Positions 1 to 15,176 of a DNA stretch of 64,000 nt are shown here, piece by piece. Every line of letters starts with the position of its first letter. Position 1 is the stretch's first letter. The notes beneath the pieces were generated by a model. The model made no database searches, was not told the origin of the DNA, and saw only the letters and a program-made list of their open reading frames with translations. This DNA is from Eledone cirrhosa (lineage: Eukaryota): contig OZ024752.1 in the NCBI GenBank assembly GCA_964016885.1, positions 14,384,001-14,448,000 on the forward strand, written 5' to 3'. Made by a program: the position numbers and the translations under genes.

Positions 1-32
1 TATATATATATATTCAGAATACACACATATAC

Positions 33-129
<97 letters not shown>

Positions 130-157
130 AGATATATATATACAGAGAATACACACG

Positions 158-272
158 CTCGGGTGCTGGTGTTCACATTCAACACTTAGATACTGCGATA
201 AGCGACATACTCACGTGGAGATCTATCGTTGAGTCAATGTCGGCCGAGACCGCAGGACGATGATGATGATGA
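158..272 (+). mobile_element. 3' end remnant of an RTE-like LINE with (GAT)n tail
   Basis: Reads ...HIQHLDTAISDILTWRSIVESMSAETAGR* then gatgatgatga; resembles RTE C-terminal 'AM.DR..WR' ends with a short-repeat tail. Confidence 0.5.
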
Positions 273-837
273 GAGACAAAGGAGAATACATGGTAAATAT
301 CTATTCCGATGTTTGAAAAGGGAGATATTTTAATATAGAATTGACCAATGGCCAACTTCAGAGGAATTATCAGTACAATGATTCCTTTTTGCATACATTG
401 ATGAAGTCAAGTTCGCCACCACCATGTCAAATAGGAGAGGTATTGTGAATGAACTGTAAATTTAGGTTCCATTTACAATTACATCAAATATGTTATCATC
501 GCTCCTGTCGTAAATAGTCTGAATGGTACCTACTGGCAAATATTCAATTTCTATCGACACATTTCATTTGTTCTCCGGCTATATTATACATGGTTCCAAT
601 CACGTTAATCAGATTGCTGCTATATTTTTCAGTCAATTGATGCATTGAAAGCGAATGAATTAATACTTAATAATTTTAATGAATCAAGTTGAATCTGAAA
701 TCAATATCGGCATGACTATTGATAATGTTTCCAGAACTTTCGATATTCTTATAGCATATACATGATATTTGGTGCTTTCTAACATTGTTAGAAAAGTGCA
801 AATTTATAGGACGAATATAGTCAATTATATATACTAT

Positions 838-1108
838 ATAATTGTTTCTACTTTAGGCACAAGGCCAGCAATTACCCAGTACACTACTGGTACATTATTT
901 TATCGACCCCGTAAGGATGAAAGGCAAAGTTAACCTTGGCGGGATTTGAACTCAGACCGTAACATAATGCTTTTCGATTTTATCGATCTCGTAGGGATGA
1001 AAGGCAAAGCTTACGTCGGCGGGATTTGAACTCAGAAGGTAAGGGATATAGCTCCAAGCTGCTAAGCATATTGTCCGACGCTCTACCGTTTTTGCCAATC
1101 CACGGCAC
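838..1108 (-). mobile_element. two adjacent partial copies of tRNA-derived SINE (family S1, octopus-type)
   Basis: Reverse B-box gggatttgaactcaga and body ttatcgaccccgtaaggatgaaaggcaaag shared with many copies in the window. Confidence 0.85.
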
Positions 1109-1427
1109 TTGACTAGAAATTATTTCTTCCCCATGGGGATGTTGAAGTTCTATCTGGTTTGGTTTGAAACGTCAAGCCATTAACGAGTTAGTCAATCCAG
1201 CCCTTATGACAATCTACAATCTTATTCCAATGATTCACATTGGCAAGAAGGAATCTTACTATATGCTACAAAACATGTCTGACGCGCCATCTATACTGCC
1301 AGTCTACTGGCCTACAACACTTCAAAATAACAGAGCTCAGATAAGTAAACTGACTTTATTTGGATTTGAGATGAAGAATATATATATATATATATAGTAA
1401 TATCTATATATATATATATATATATAT

Positions 1428-1701
1428 AATAATTGTTTCTACTTTAGGCACAAGGCCAGCAATTACCCAGTGCATTACTAGTACTTTATTTTATCGACCC
1501 CGTAAGGATGAAAGGCAAAGTCAACCTCGGCGGGATTTGAACTCAGATCGTAAAGGGACGTAACTATGCTGGAAAGCATGGCGTCCGACCCTCTACCGAT
1601 ACTGCCAATCCACATAATAATATATAGTAATATGTATATAGTAATAATTGTTTCGACTTGTGGCACAAGGCCAGCAATTATCGCAGTGTATTACTGGTAC
1701 A
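1428..1701 (-). mobile_element. SINE S1 near-full copy (1428-1612) plus 3' fragment (1643-1701)
   Basis: Near-identical to 5416-5604. Confidence 0.9.
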
Positions 1702-1904
1702 TTTGGCGCAAAATCAATTTTTAACATTCACGTGACCTCTACCGACCAATCAAAAGTGTTTTGACTACAAGAATTTTTGCAACACGAATTGACGCTAAAC
1801 TTATAGTACTCATTCACGTGACATTCAACAACCAACCAAATCTTAATACCCCTGGAGCCACTTTTTTCACATAAAACAGGTAGAATTTCCAAAACTGATC
1901 AGAT

Positions 1905-3790
<1,886 letters not shown>

Positions 3791-3796
3791 ATATAT

Positions 3797-4080
<284 letters not shown>

Positions 4081-4104
4081 TATATATATATATATATATA
4101 TATG

Positions 4105-4163
4105 CGTCCAGAAATAGCCGTCGAAACGGCTTGAGCTCTGCCGTCGGGGTCATACTTTTTCCT
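4105..4163 (+). mobile_element. family C fragment (3' half of HHR)
   Basis: tagccgtcGAAACGGCttgagctctGCCGTC, shared with 10452-10502 and 51300-51350. Confidence 0.65.
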
Positions 4164-4184
4164 ATATATATATATGTGTGTATA

Positions 4185-4392
4185 TAGACAGTCGAAGGGC
4201 GTTCGTCAAATCGGACCGAGGAAAGAATGTTTCCATTGGTCTTTCCAATTCTATCTATCGGTCCGGATAGAAAGAACAACGTGAAATAAAGTGTCTTGAT
4301 CAAGGACACAACACGACATCTGGTCCGGGAATCAAACTCACAAGCTCAAGATTGCGAATCCAATTATCTAACCACTCAGCCGCGCGCCTTTC
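4185..4392 (-). mobile_element. tRNA-derived SINE family S2 (CORE-like)
   Basis: Revcomp of 6010-6230 and 60430-60647; A/B boxes and gtccttgatcaagacact. Confidence 0.85.
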
Positions 4393-4596
4393 CATATATA
4401 TGAAAATAAGACCAAATACTGTTAATTATGTCAGATTTTACTTAATGCACGTCCCTTCCATCAGACGGAAGATGAAATGAAACAATATATACGCGCTTCC
4501 TCTTCGCTTGCTAAGAAAACGAGTAAATTATTTCTTAAATTTAAATGTAGCAGCATGAAAAGAAATTGACGGATTATTTGATATAACTATGGTATG

Positions 4597-4922
4597 TCAG
4601 GGTCCCTTAATTCCTGATTGAATCGTAGGGGCACCGTATTACATACGGCGCTACTCGGGCATTTTAAAACCTGGCGGAGCCGACCCTCTCCAGGCTTGAG
4701 TACAGCTGATTTCTTCCAGAGAAAGATAGAAAGTGAGAGAGAGGAAATGGGAAAGAGATATAGAGGAAGAATCGAACCCAGTACTAGACTAGTACTTTTT
4801 TTTATCGACCTCGAAAGTATGAAACGCCAAGTTGACCATGGCGGATGTGAACTGAGAGAGCCGGAACGAATACCATAAATCATTCTATCAGACATTCTAA
4901 CGACTCTGCCAATTTACCGCCT
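4597..4922 (-). mobile_element. SINE S1-related long-tailed subfamily; second copy 45030-45345
   Basis: S1-like head and body joined to a distinct ~190 nt tail shared between the two copies. Confidence 0.7.
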
Positions 4923-5253
4923 TATTATAATTATAGAGTAGTTATAAGTAAATCTTGAACGAGATGACTACGACTGGAAATAGTGCTCAAAACTTACTTA
5001 GATGAGTACACAAGAGAAGTACACAGATTTATAAGATTCAAACTTGGTTTTAATACAAACATATACAAATTAGTTTACTATTTCGACAGGGAAGGGGATT
5101 AGGTAGAATAAATCTATCTCTCTTGTAATAATACCTACATTATATTTTCGTTCAGTATGGAGTATTAATATTCAGTAATGATATTACCAGTTTGAATTAG
5201 TACAATCTCTCTCTCTCTCTCTAGTTCTCTCTCTCTCTCTCTCTCTCTCTCTA

Positions 5254-5308
<55 letters not shown>

Positions 5309-5314
5309 CTCTAG

Positions 5315-5350
<36 letters not shown>

Positions 5351-5415
5351 CTCTTTCTTTCTCTCTCCCCCTCTCTTTTTATCTACTACCCAGACACACA
5401 AACACATATATATAT

Positions 5416-5604
5416 AATTGTTTCTACTTTAGGCACAAGGCCAGCAAATTACCCAGTACATTACTGGTACTTTATTTTATCGACCCCGTAAGGATGAAAG
5501 GCAAAGTCAACCTCGGCGGGATTTGAACTCAGATCGTAAAGGGACGTAACTATGCTGGAAAGCATGGCGTCCGACCCTCTACCGATACTGCCAATCCACC
5601 GCCT
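5416..5604 (-). mobile_element. SINE S1 full copy
   Basis: A-box tggcagtatcgg and B-box gagttcaaatcc on the minus strand. Confidence 0.9.
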
Positions 5605-5624
5605 TATATACACACATATATATA

Positions 5625-5792
5625 ATGTTTTACATTGGGAGGGCCATGCTGCTAATAGAAACCACACTCACCTGCTGCTTTTCACTTTAATTTATTATAA
5701 ACTTCTAGTTGGTTAGTTTAAAAGCTGAATGCTTGTTTATTTCTTTGTTGTCAAAGATCTTTCGTCACACATTCTGGGACCTCCTCCGTGTA
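5625..5792 (-). mobile_element. family G PLE terminal arm with decayed HHR
   Basis: Homologous to 52820-52948 and 54078-54275. Confidence 0.7.
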
Positions 5793-6009
5793 TTTTTTAA
5801 TGACATCATAACCCTCACAATGTACATTACCTGTTTGAACACACGTATTGAGATAAGAAACTTTGCACATCAAATAAAAAAACGAAATGTATATATATAT
5901 ATATATATATATATAGAAAGAGAGAGAGTAAGTCGTTTTCAATTACGAAAACATAAAGTATTGAAATCTGACATAATTAACGGAATTTGGTCTTATGTTT
6001 AATGTTTTA

Positions 6010-6228
6010 GGTGAAGGCGTGTGGCTGAGTGGTTAGAGAATTGGATTCACAATCGTGAGCTTATGAGTTCGATTGCTGGACCGGGTGATACGCTATGTCC
6101 TTGAGCAAGACACTTTATTTCACGATGCCCCTTCTTCCTGTATTTGCAAGCGATAGATATTATTTGCAATAGGAAAGAGCAAACGAAACATTGCTCCTTG
6201 GTCCGATTTGACGAAAGTCGTTCGACTG

Positions 6229-6230
<2 letters not shown>
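6010..6230 (+). mobile_element. SINE S2 full copy
   Basis: tggctgagtgg A-box, gagttcgattgc B-box, tgtccttgagcaagacact CORE-like domain. Confidence 0.85.
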
Positions 6231-6265
<35 letters not shown>

Positions 6266-6306
6266 GAAAACGAAGAATCAGTGATGCATCGGAACTCAAT
6301 TTATTA

Positions 6307-6390
6307 CGTATTACAAGTGTTTCTCCGGTGAAAGCTCGATGTGCGATCTGTTTGTGAATTGAATCTGGATTCGCAAGTTCCTCAGATACG
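6307..6390 (-). ncRNA. type-I hammerhead ribozyme with enlarged stem II
   Basis: Minus strand cgtat-CTGAGGA-(~55 nt)-GAAA-CACTTG-TA-atacg, with a perfect 5-bp stem I; related partial copy about 39280-39370 (+). Confidence 0.7.
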
Positions 6391-6745
6391 TCTAGTGATT
6401 TCGAAGCAAATTCTCTTTCTATAGAGTTCCGACCACTCGAGTCTGTATCATCCGCCTTCATCCTGTTTGCGCGTCATTAGATTGGTCAATAGTTTGTGAT
6501 GTCATTAAGGTTCTTGACCACAGAAATCTGCTCACTGGCCATCTCATAGAGGCGTGAGCTGTCACTCATCCCATTCCCATCCGCAAAATTACGGCTGTGT
6601 GTACCTACACACGCTCGCTCTCACACACACACACACAGATTGCGTGTTTGCGTTCACACATGTATATACACAAACATATACGTCTATATATATACATACG
6701 CAGTCACACATGTATACATATACATACACCACACACACACATATA

Positions 6746-6794
<49 letters not shown>

Positions 6795-6930
6795 AGTGTA
6801 ATTTTCTACACAAAACGAAGGTTATAGAGAAAATTGAGGTTGGTAATGGCACATGGAATATATAAGAGACAGAATACTTTTTTGTGAAAAAACATAATTT
6901 TATAAGGTAAGGAAATAATAAAGGGTATAA

Positions 6931-6978
6931 AAAATGACCGGTTTCGATGGGTCTGCAAAAGCCATCTTTTCAAATGTT
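6931..6978 (-). ncRNA. minimal HHR, U3-A8 core variant
   Basis: TTGAAAA-GATGG-cttttgcagac-CCATC-GAAA-CCGG-TC on the minus strand. Confidence 0.7.
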
Positions 6979-7209
6979 CATTAATATTAAGAAAAATTAA
7001 TAATACGAAGAGTTAAAATTTGAGACTTGAAAATTCAAGTATAAAATTCATTGTGGGATTTCATAGCAGTTTTCATCTAGGTAGCAACAAGAGGTTGACT
7101 GCTGTGTCCCTTTCTGGTAGTGAATGAGAAGTTATTTGGGGTGTGGGTTATTTTATAAAGGTCAGATTTAGCAATAGCCAGCTGCTGGTCAGTGAGGGGG
7201 TGGAAGCAA

Positions 7210-7250
7210 TATACACACACATACCTTCATCCACACATACATACACATAC

Positions 7251-7323
<73 letters not shown>

Positions 7324-7392
7324 CACACATACATACACACACACATACATATACATACACACATACACACACACACACATATATATACACAT

Positions 7393-7459
<67 letters not shown>

Positions 7460-7512
7460 CCCACACATACATACACACACACATATATGTATACATACAC
7501 ACATACAAACAT

Positions 7513-7543
<31 letters not shown>

Positions 7544-7790
7544 CACACATACACACACATATATATACACACACACACACACACATGCATATATATATAT
7601 ATATACACATACGCATACATCCAGATACCCACATACATACACACACACACACACACACGCACACACAATACATACATCCACATGCACACACATACACACT
7701 CACACACACACACACACACATACATACACCCACACACAGAGAAATGGCCTTCAAATATATATATATATATATATACATACAGACACATAT
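7210..7790. repeat. compound (TA)n/(CA)n microsatellite in the PLE 3' UTR
   Basis: Directly visible. Confidence 0.95.
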
Positions 7791-8012
7791 ATTTTTTCCA
7801 TAATATAAGAAGTTGGGGCAGTGAAATTAAAATAATTCTGTGTGCGCATATATATATAGATATACGTGTGTGCACGTGCAGGGTTTAACATGGATGTGTT
7901 GGTCACACAAAGGCATGGTCTGTCAATGAATAAACCTGATTCTACAGAATTGGTCTCTGGTCTTTAATAGTAGTGATTCCGTGCGTATGTGTGTTTATAT
8001 TTTATGACAATT

Positions 8013-9625
8013 CTATTGGGGTGATAACCCGTTTAGTTTTGGTTTAAATTTGTTAAGGAATAGATTTTCTTTGTTTATTCTTTGTTGTTGTGTGAACGAA
8101 TCTGAGCACTTGTAGAAGGGGAAGATTTTAAAGTTGGGTAGTGTCATTCCTGCGCAGTTCGCAATATGGCTGCTCAAGGGGATTTTTCTTGTGTTAGCGT
8201 CCCGGATTTGTTGGCGGTGGATGGTCATTCTTTTGCGTAATGAGGTGCCCGTCTGTCCTATGTAGTTGTGTTTGCACCCACCGCAAGTTATTGCGTAAAT
8301 CAAGTTCTCCGAGTTGCAGGTGAAATTGTTTTTTACTGTAAATGTTTGGCCATCTTTGAATGTAAATGTTTGTCCTTCAGTGAGGTAGAGGCACGTTCCA
8401 CAGTTTGTTCTACCACATTTGGTAACTGTAGGGTTGAGGATTGGTTTGGGTATATTTGGTCCAGTGAGAATGCGTTTAAGTGATTTGGGTTGTCTTTTAC
8501 TTTTAAGGATCTTGTGTGTTTCAAGAATAGACTTCATTTTTACATCTTTAAGTAGGATGGGGAGGTTTTTGTGTAGGTGATCAAACATTTCGGTATTTCT
8601 GGGGTTGAAAGTGGATACATATGGCAGGGTGTTGAGTGTGGTTTTCTGTTTTGGATTGTTAAGTTGATGGGGATTTAGGTGTTTTGCCCTGTCTATTCCA
8701 TTGTTGATTATTTCAAGTGGAAAGGCTCTTAAGATAAGGGTGTCTTTTAGTTCCTTTAGTCTTTGCTCCCGTTTAGGTGGATCTGATACTATGGTACATA
8801 TACGTTTGGCCAAATTGTAAGGAATGTTAAGTTTTGTATGTTTTGGGTGACTTGATGTGAAAAAGAGGTATTGCTTGGAATCTGTGGGTTTATAGAATAT
8901 ATCTGTATCTAATTTCCCGTCTATTACAGAGATGAGAATATCCAAGAAGGCTAATTCCTTAGGATTGGATTCCATTGTGAATTGTATGTTATTATCTATG
9001 TTGTTTATCATGTTTTTAAACGTAGTAAGTGAGTTCATGTCTTCTTGCCATAGTATAAAGCAGTCGTCTAGATATCTTTTCCAATTGGCTTTGAGGTGTG
9101 TGTGGAAAGAGTCTCCAAATAAGAGAAGGGACTGACTGTATATTTGTTGTTCATGGAATCCCATGACTAGGTTGGCATATGTGGGTGCTACTTTCGTGCC
9201 CATTGCCGTACCTGATACTTGTCTGTATGTTGAACCATTGAATGTGAAGTAGTTATTTTGTAGGATAAAGCGGAGTCCGTCAGTGATAAAATCTGTGTTG
9301 ATGCGTGTCGGTATTTCTGATGGGTGTGTGTTAAGCCAGTATTGGACTGCTGTTATTCCATAGTTGTGGGGTATGTTTGTGTAGAGGTTTATTACGTCAA
9401 AGGAGACAAGAATTGTATTTGCACTTACTGTTTTAGGGAGGTGTTTCAGCATGTCAAGGTCATCTCGTATGTAGCTCTGTATATGTTGTAGAAAGGGTTT
9501 CAGTAGGATGTCCAGAAAGTTGCTAAGTCTGTGGGTTTCACATGTAGGGCCTGCTATAATTGGCCTGAGTTTTAGGTCTTCTGGTGGTGTTAGTTCAATG
9601 TAATTGTTGGTTGAGGTGTCACATG
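8013..9625 (-). CDS. PLE reverse transcriptase + GIY-YIG endonuclease (N-terminally truncated, uninterrupted frame)
   Basis: LKLRPII upstream of the listed Met; [56 protein letters not shown] motifs. Confidence 0.95.
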
Positions 9626-9734
9626 CATCATTTTTTATACCCTTTATTATTTCCTTACCTTATAAAATTATGTTTTTTCACAAAAAAGTATTCTGTCTCT
9701 TATATATTCCATGTGCCATTACCAACCTCAATTT

Positions 9735-9771
<37 letters not shown>

Positions 9772-9854
9772 GAGAGTGGAAGTTAGTAAAATCGAAATGT
9801 GGCGTTCGGCCAACATCCGCGAAAAACAAAATGGAATGTATATATATGTATATA

Positions 9855-9912
<58 letters not shown>

Positions 9913-9933
9913 TGTGTATATATATATATATAC

Positions 9934-9987
<54 letters not shown>

Positions 9988-9988
9988 T

Positions 9989-10059
<71 letters not shown>

Positions 10060-10063
<4 letters not shown>

Positions 10064-10250
10064 GTCTTCCTCCGGTTGCAACGTTCTCTGAAATATCCAC
10101 TTCTGCGTTTACAGATTGACTTTGTTAGTTTCAGAAGATCCCGTTATGGGTGAAAGCAGCGATTCTTTGCTTAAACTTTAATCTGTTATTTTAATAAATA
10201 TTTGCTCTACGGTTCTTATATATTTATCCTTATCGAGCCCTCTCTGGATT
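10060..10250. mobile_element. rearranged fragment of a Helitron-like repeat
   Basis: Segments shared with 55305-55575 and 60690-60820. Confidence 0.55.
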
Positions 10251-10273
10251 TTAGTCTTCAAATTTATTATTAT

Positions 10274-10293
<20 letters not shown>

Positions 10294-10308
<15 letters not shown>

Positions 10309-10502
10309 GAACGAAGGAGGTGTAGTAAGGAACCATATGGACCATAATGCATCAGACTACTCAATACTTAGGGTAGTAGAATGGGTAATAGGAAAAAGTT
10401 TAACCCCGACAGCAGAGCTCAATCCGTTTCGACGGCTATTTCAGTCCAGCAATAGCCGTCGAAATGGCTTCAGCTCTGCCGTCGGGGTTAAACCTTTTCC
10501 TA
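10294..10502. mobile_element. family C palindromic PLE-terminal element
   Basis: 10387-10440 and 10451-10502 are inverted arms; homologous to 51241-51430. Confidence 0.8.
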
Positions 10503-10511
10503 TATATATAT

Positions 10512-10643
<132 letters not shown>

Positions 10644-10646
10644 GTG

Positions 10647-10679
<33 letters not shown>

Positions 10680-10684
10680 GTATG

Positions 10685-10775
<91 letters not shown>

Positions 10776-10784
10776 ATATATATA

Positions 10785-10859
<75 letters not shown>

Positions 10860-10864
<5 letters not shown>

Positions 10865-11321
10865 CGATATTAAACAAATGGAAACTATATTTATAAAACC
10901 ATATTTATTTCATTATACATATTTCAGAGATACCATATTAAAAATTAAAAATATGGCATGCCTTCGTCAGATAAAATACAATATATAAAATGTTTTATAA
11001 ATAATTTTGACGTACCATAATATAAGCGACCATTAAAATAGGAGGCTGCACTACCAAGGCAGCCTCCTATTTTAATGGTCGCTTATATTATGGTACGTCA
11101 AAATTATTTATAAAACATTTTATATATTGTATTTTATCTGACGAAGGCATGCCATATTTTTAATATGGTATCCCTGAGATATGTATAATGAAATAAATAT
11201 GGTTTTATAAATATAGCTTCCATTTGTTTAACATCGTATATCTACTCCAAAAACTTGTCGAGTGCTTTATATCAGTTATAAAATATTTACTTGTTGTAAC
11301 CCAACAATTTTAAATAAAACT

Positions 11322-11327
<6 letters not shown>
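10860..11327. mobile_element. family D palindromic element (arms about 10860-11050 / 11060-11240) with HHR-like motif 11132-11193
   Basis: ~190 bp inverted arms; CTGACGA-stem-GA(A/G)A-TATG-TA; flanked by (TA)n. Confidence 0.8.
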
Positions 11328-11359
<32 letters not shown>

Positions 11360-11454
11360 CATATATATATATATATATATATTCTTCATCTTATATGTGT
11401 AACCCCAAATAAATTCAGTTTACGTATCTGAGCTTCGTTATTTTGAGGTACTGT

Positions 11455-11680
11455 AGGCGGCCATTGGACTGGCTGTATCGATAGTACATCCGACAACATG
11501 CTTTGCACTATATAGTTGTATTCCTTTACGTTCTGAGCTCAAGTCATACTGAAGTGAGCTTTGTCTTTCATCATTACGGGGTCGATAAAATAAAACACCA
11601 TTAATGCACTGGGGTCTCTAAGGAATTGATTTTTCTTTCTCCAAAATTGCTGGTCTTGTTCCTCAATCAGAAATCAGTAC
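11455..11680 (+). mobile_element. diverged SINE S1 copy
   Basis: ttacgttctgagctcaag, ggggtcgataaaataaa, aattgctggtcttg. Confidence 0.8.
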
Positions 11681-12281
11681 TGATAATATCTAACTCACGC
11701 GAGAATAAATTCTATACGTACTTGATTAGCGAAAAATGGAAACTTCGTAATGGAAAGAGACAATTTTTAAAGCATACCTATATTTAGATTGTGTTATCAG
11801 ATGCTGTCATTTTGCTTTTAATACACAGGGAACATGGTGTTTTTCAGTCAATTGTAACAGAAAATATCGCGTTAGTGTTCAACGTAGTCATATGTGTATA
11901 TTTCCAATATTTTCTCGCAAATTATGTACATATATATGCATAAAAATATATATAACTGATAGATAACAGCTATGCCATTGGGTAATTTAATAAATTAATG
12001 TTACAGTATTATTTTCTTTTATTGGAAGAAATACAATTCCTGTTGTGGACTTGGGGGAATATACTACATTGAAAGAATATATTCATATTCTTCATAATAT
12101 TACATTTAATCCAGAGAGAGTAAAGAGTAACTCGATCTAAGAATATATTAGATTGTCTACATAATTGTACTGATATCGAACTGGGATTTCGAAAAAGGAA
12201 GGTATGAGCTTGTAATACTACACACTTTACACTATCAGAATATCTAACAATTGTATCTGGCTAACAATAGAGAATGGCGAT

Positions 12282-12403
<122 letters not shown>

Positions 12404-12404
12404 T

Positions 12405-12439
<35 letters not shown>

Positions 12440-12550
12440 TTATATATATATATATATTTATATATATATTTATATATATATATTTATATATATATATGTA
12501 AGTATGTATGTATACGTACATACATATATGTATACAGACGTACAGTAGCA

Positions 12551-12594
<44 letters not shown>

Positions 12595-12910
12595 TACACA
12601 TATGCATACAGGTACACATACATATATGCACGCATCAGTTTAGTCGACGTTTATTATAACGCCGGCCGCTTTGTTCGTTTGTTTGTCAACAAAGCGAACA
12701 GCTAAATGATAGCTAACAAGCTTGAAACTAGTACATCGTTCCTGTGTCAGTGTTGAACAAAAAGGTGACGTGGTTCCTTAACACCATATGGCATAAATTC
12801 AGGCTGTTCGCTTTGTTGACAAACAAACGAACAAAGCGGCCGGCGTTATAATAAACGTCGACTAAACTGATGCGTGCATATATGTATGTGTACCTGTATG
12901 CATATGTGTA

Positions 12911-13026
<116 letters not shown>

Positions 13027-13179
13027 TGCTACTGTACGTCTGTATACATATATGTATGTACGTATACATACATACTTACATTTAAGTAAGTGCCATACTA
13101 AGAGTGAGAAATGAAATTTCGTTTTCATTTTTTTCAACTTATCGTTTTCGGTATGCCTGACCGATTTAACTCACTCAAT

Positions 13180-13227
13180 ATGCAAATTAGGCTGCTCAGC
13201 CGTTAATTTTCATAAGGAAAGTATATA
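13180..13227 (+). promoter_or_regulatory. octamer (ATGCAAAT) + PSE-like block, putative snRNA-type promoter; repeated at 13694
   Basis: tATGCAAATtaggctgctca...TAATTTTCATAAGGAAAGTATATA, conserved in diverged family I. Confidence 0.45.
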
Positions 13228-13261
13228 CTTCCGAACGTTCAACTATCTGGCAGATGGGTAA

Positions 13262-13304
13262 ACGGTGCTGATGATAGCTAACAAGCTTGAAACTAGTACA
13301 TCGT
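13262..13304 (+). ncRNA. canonical minimal type-I hammerhead ribozyme
   Basis: acggtg-CTGATGA-tAGCT-aaca-AGCTt-GAAA-CTAG-TA-catcgt; all three stems pair. Confidence 0.9.
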
Positions 13305-13476
13305 TCCTGTGTCAGTGTTGAACAAAAAGGTGACGTGGTTGCCTTAACACCGTATGGCATAAATTCAGGCTGTTCGCTTTGTTGACAAACAAACGAACAA
13401 AGCGGCCGGCGTTATAATAAACGTCGACTAAACTGATGCGTGCATATATGTATGTGTACCTGTATGCATATGTGTA

Positions 13477-13540
<64 letters not shown>

Positions 13541-13775
13541 TGTTACTGTACGTCTGTATACATATATGTATGTACGTATACATACATACTTACATTTAAG
13601 TAAGTGCCATACTAAGAGTGAGAAATGAAATTTCGTTTTCATTTTTTTCAACTTATCGTTTTCGGTATGCCTGACCGATTTAACTCACTCAATATGCAAA
13701 TTAGGCTGCTCAGCCGTTAATTTTCATAAGGAAAGTATATACTTTCGAACGTTCAACTATCTGGCAGATGGGTAA

Positions 13776-13818
13776 ACGGTGCTGATGATAGCTAACAAGC
13801 TTGAAACTAGTACATCGT
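13776..13818 (+). ncRNA. canonical minimal type-I hammerhead ribozyme
   Basis: Identical to 13262-13304. Confidence 0.9.
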
Positions 13819-13981
13819 TCCCGTGTCAGTGTTGAACAAAAAGGTGACGTGGTTGCCTTAACACCGTATGGCATAAATTCAGGCTGTTCGCTTTGTTGAC
13901 AAACAAACGAACAAAGCGGCCGGCGTTATAATAAACGTCGACTAAACTGATGCGTGCATATATGTATGTGTACCTGTATGC

Positions 13982-14024
<43 letters not shown>

Positions 14025-14135
14025 TGCTACTGTACGTCTGTATACATATATGTATGTACGTATACATACATACTTACATTTAAGTAAGTGCCATACTAAG
14101 AGTGAGAAATGAAATTACGTTTTCATTTTTTTCAA

Positions 14136-14241
<106 letters not shown>

Positions 14242-14380
14242 AATATAAATTCGCGAGAATCGTTTTCAGCTCAGGAATTAACGAAAGTCAACGTCCGATA
14301 TGTGTGGCAAGCGCTCGAGGAATCATATGAATCAGAGCTGCAATATATATATATATGTGTGTATATATATACATATATAT

Positions 14381-15176
14381 ATTGTTATACTTGGGAGGTT
14401 CATATTTGTGTAATAATATTGCCAGAACTAATCACAGAACACACTCACTGTTTGGTTTGGTTTTCGCTTCTGTGTCTTTTATATCGGTTAATTTAATTTA
14501 TTCGGTCCTCAATGTTGCCATTGACTGACCAACGGTCAAAACTACAGATACAATATAGACAAAAACACATATATATAGTCTATCAAAGTTCTTTCGTTGC
14601 ACATCTGCAACATCGTCAGTGGTGCTATTATGTTTTTTCCCCCGTTGCATTGTATGCTTACGCCATCTTTATTTAGTCTGTTTATTTATTTATTTATTTA
14701 TTTTTTGTCTTCTTTGCGCATGCTCTTGCGTGTGTGTATAGTGTTTTGTTTGATGTGTGTTCTTGTTTGGGTGACTGTGTATTGGTTAATGTATTCTATC
14801 TTAGTTTACTAGTGTGTGTTTACATGTGTTTGTTGTTATTGTGCTTGTGTATTTATTTATTTATTTATTTATTTATACTTCTCTTACTTCAGTGTTGTTT
14901 GCTTGGGTGTTGTTATTTCATTCATTTTTTCTGTTTAGCCTTGGCGTTCTAAGTTCTATTTTGCTGGCCTCTCTGATGTGCCTATCTGCTGGGTCATTTC
15001 TATGTTTAGATATTATTCTAACTTCTATGTTGTCTATGTTACCGTTGTGTTGTTGTCTGGCGTGTTCGTATAGTACTGAACATTGTATGGCAACATTGAG
15101 GACCGAATAAATTAAATTAACCGATATTTAAAGACACAGAAGCGAAAATCAACCAGACAGAGAGTGTGTTCTGTTA

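Larger units (their letters stand above)
6791..9745 (-). mobile_element. 5'-truncated Penelope-like element (Neptune-like) with inverted terminal arm, inserted in (TA)n
   Basis: RT+GIY-YIG ORF, 3' HHR; 9628-9739 = revcomp of 6826-6937. Confidence 0.92.

Noticed and set aside
6010-6090. tRNA genes at SINE heads
   Set aside because: A/B boxes present but no intact cloverleaf, and each continues into a SINE body
7143-7888. Long YI/HT/CV-rich ORFs here and at 9584-10988, 12251-13651, 31540-32839, 49443-51748
   Set aside because: Translations of (TA)n/(CA)n microsatellites, which lack stop codons
10860-11240. Palindromes as DNA-transposon MITEs or miRNA hairpins
   Set aside because: Arms are asymmetric with a one-sided tail, contain HHR motifs and match PLE-type ends
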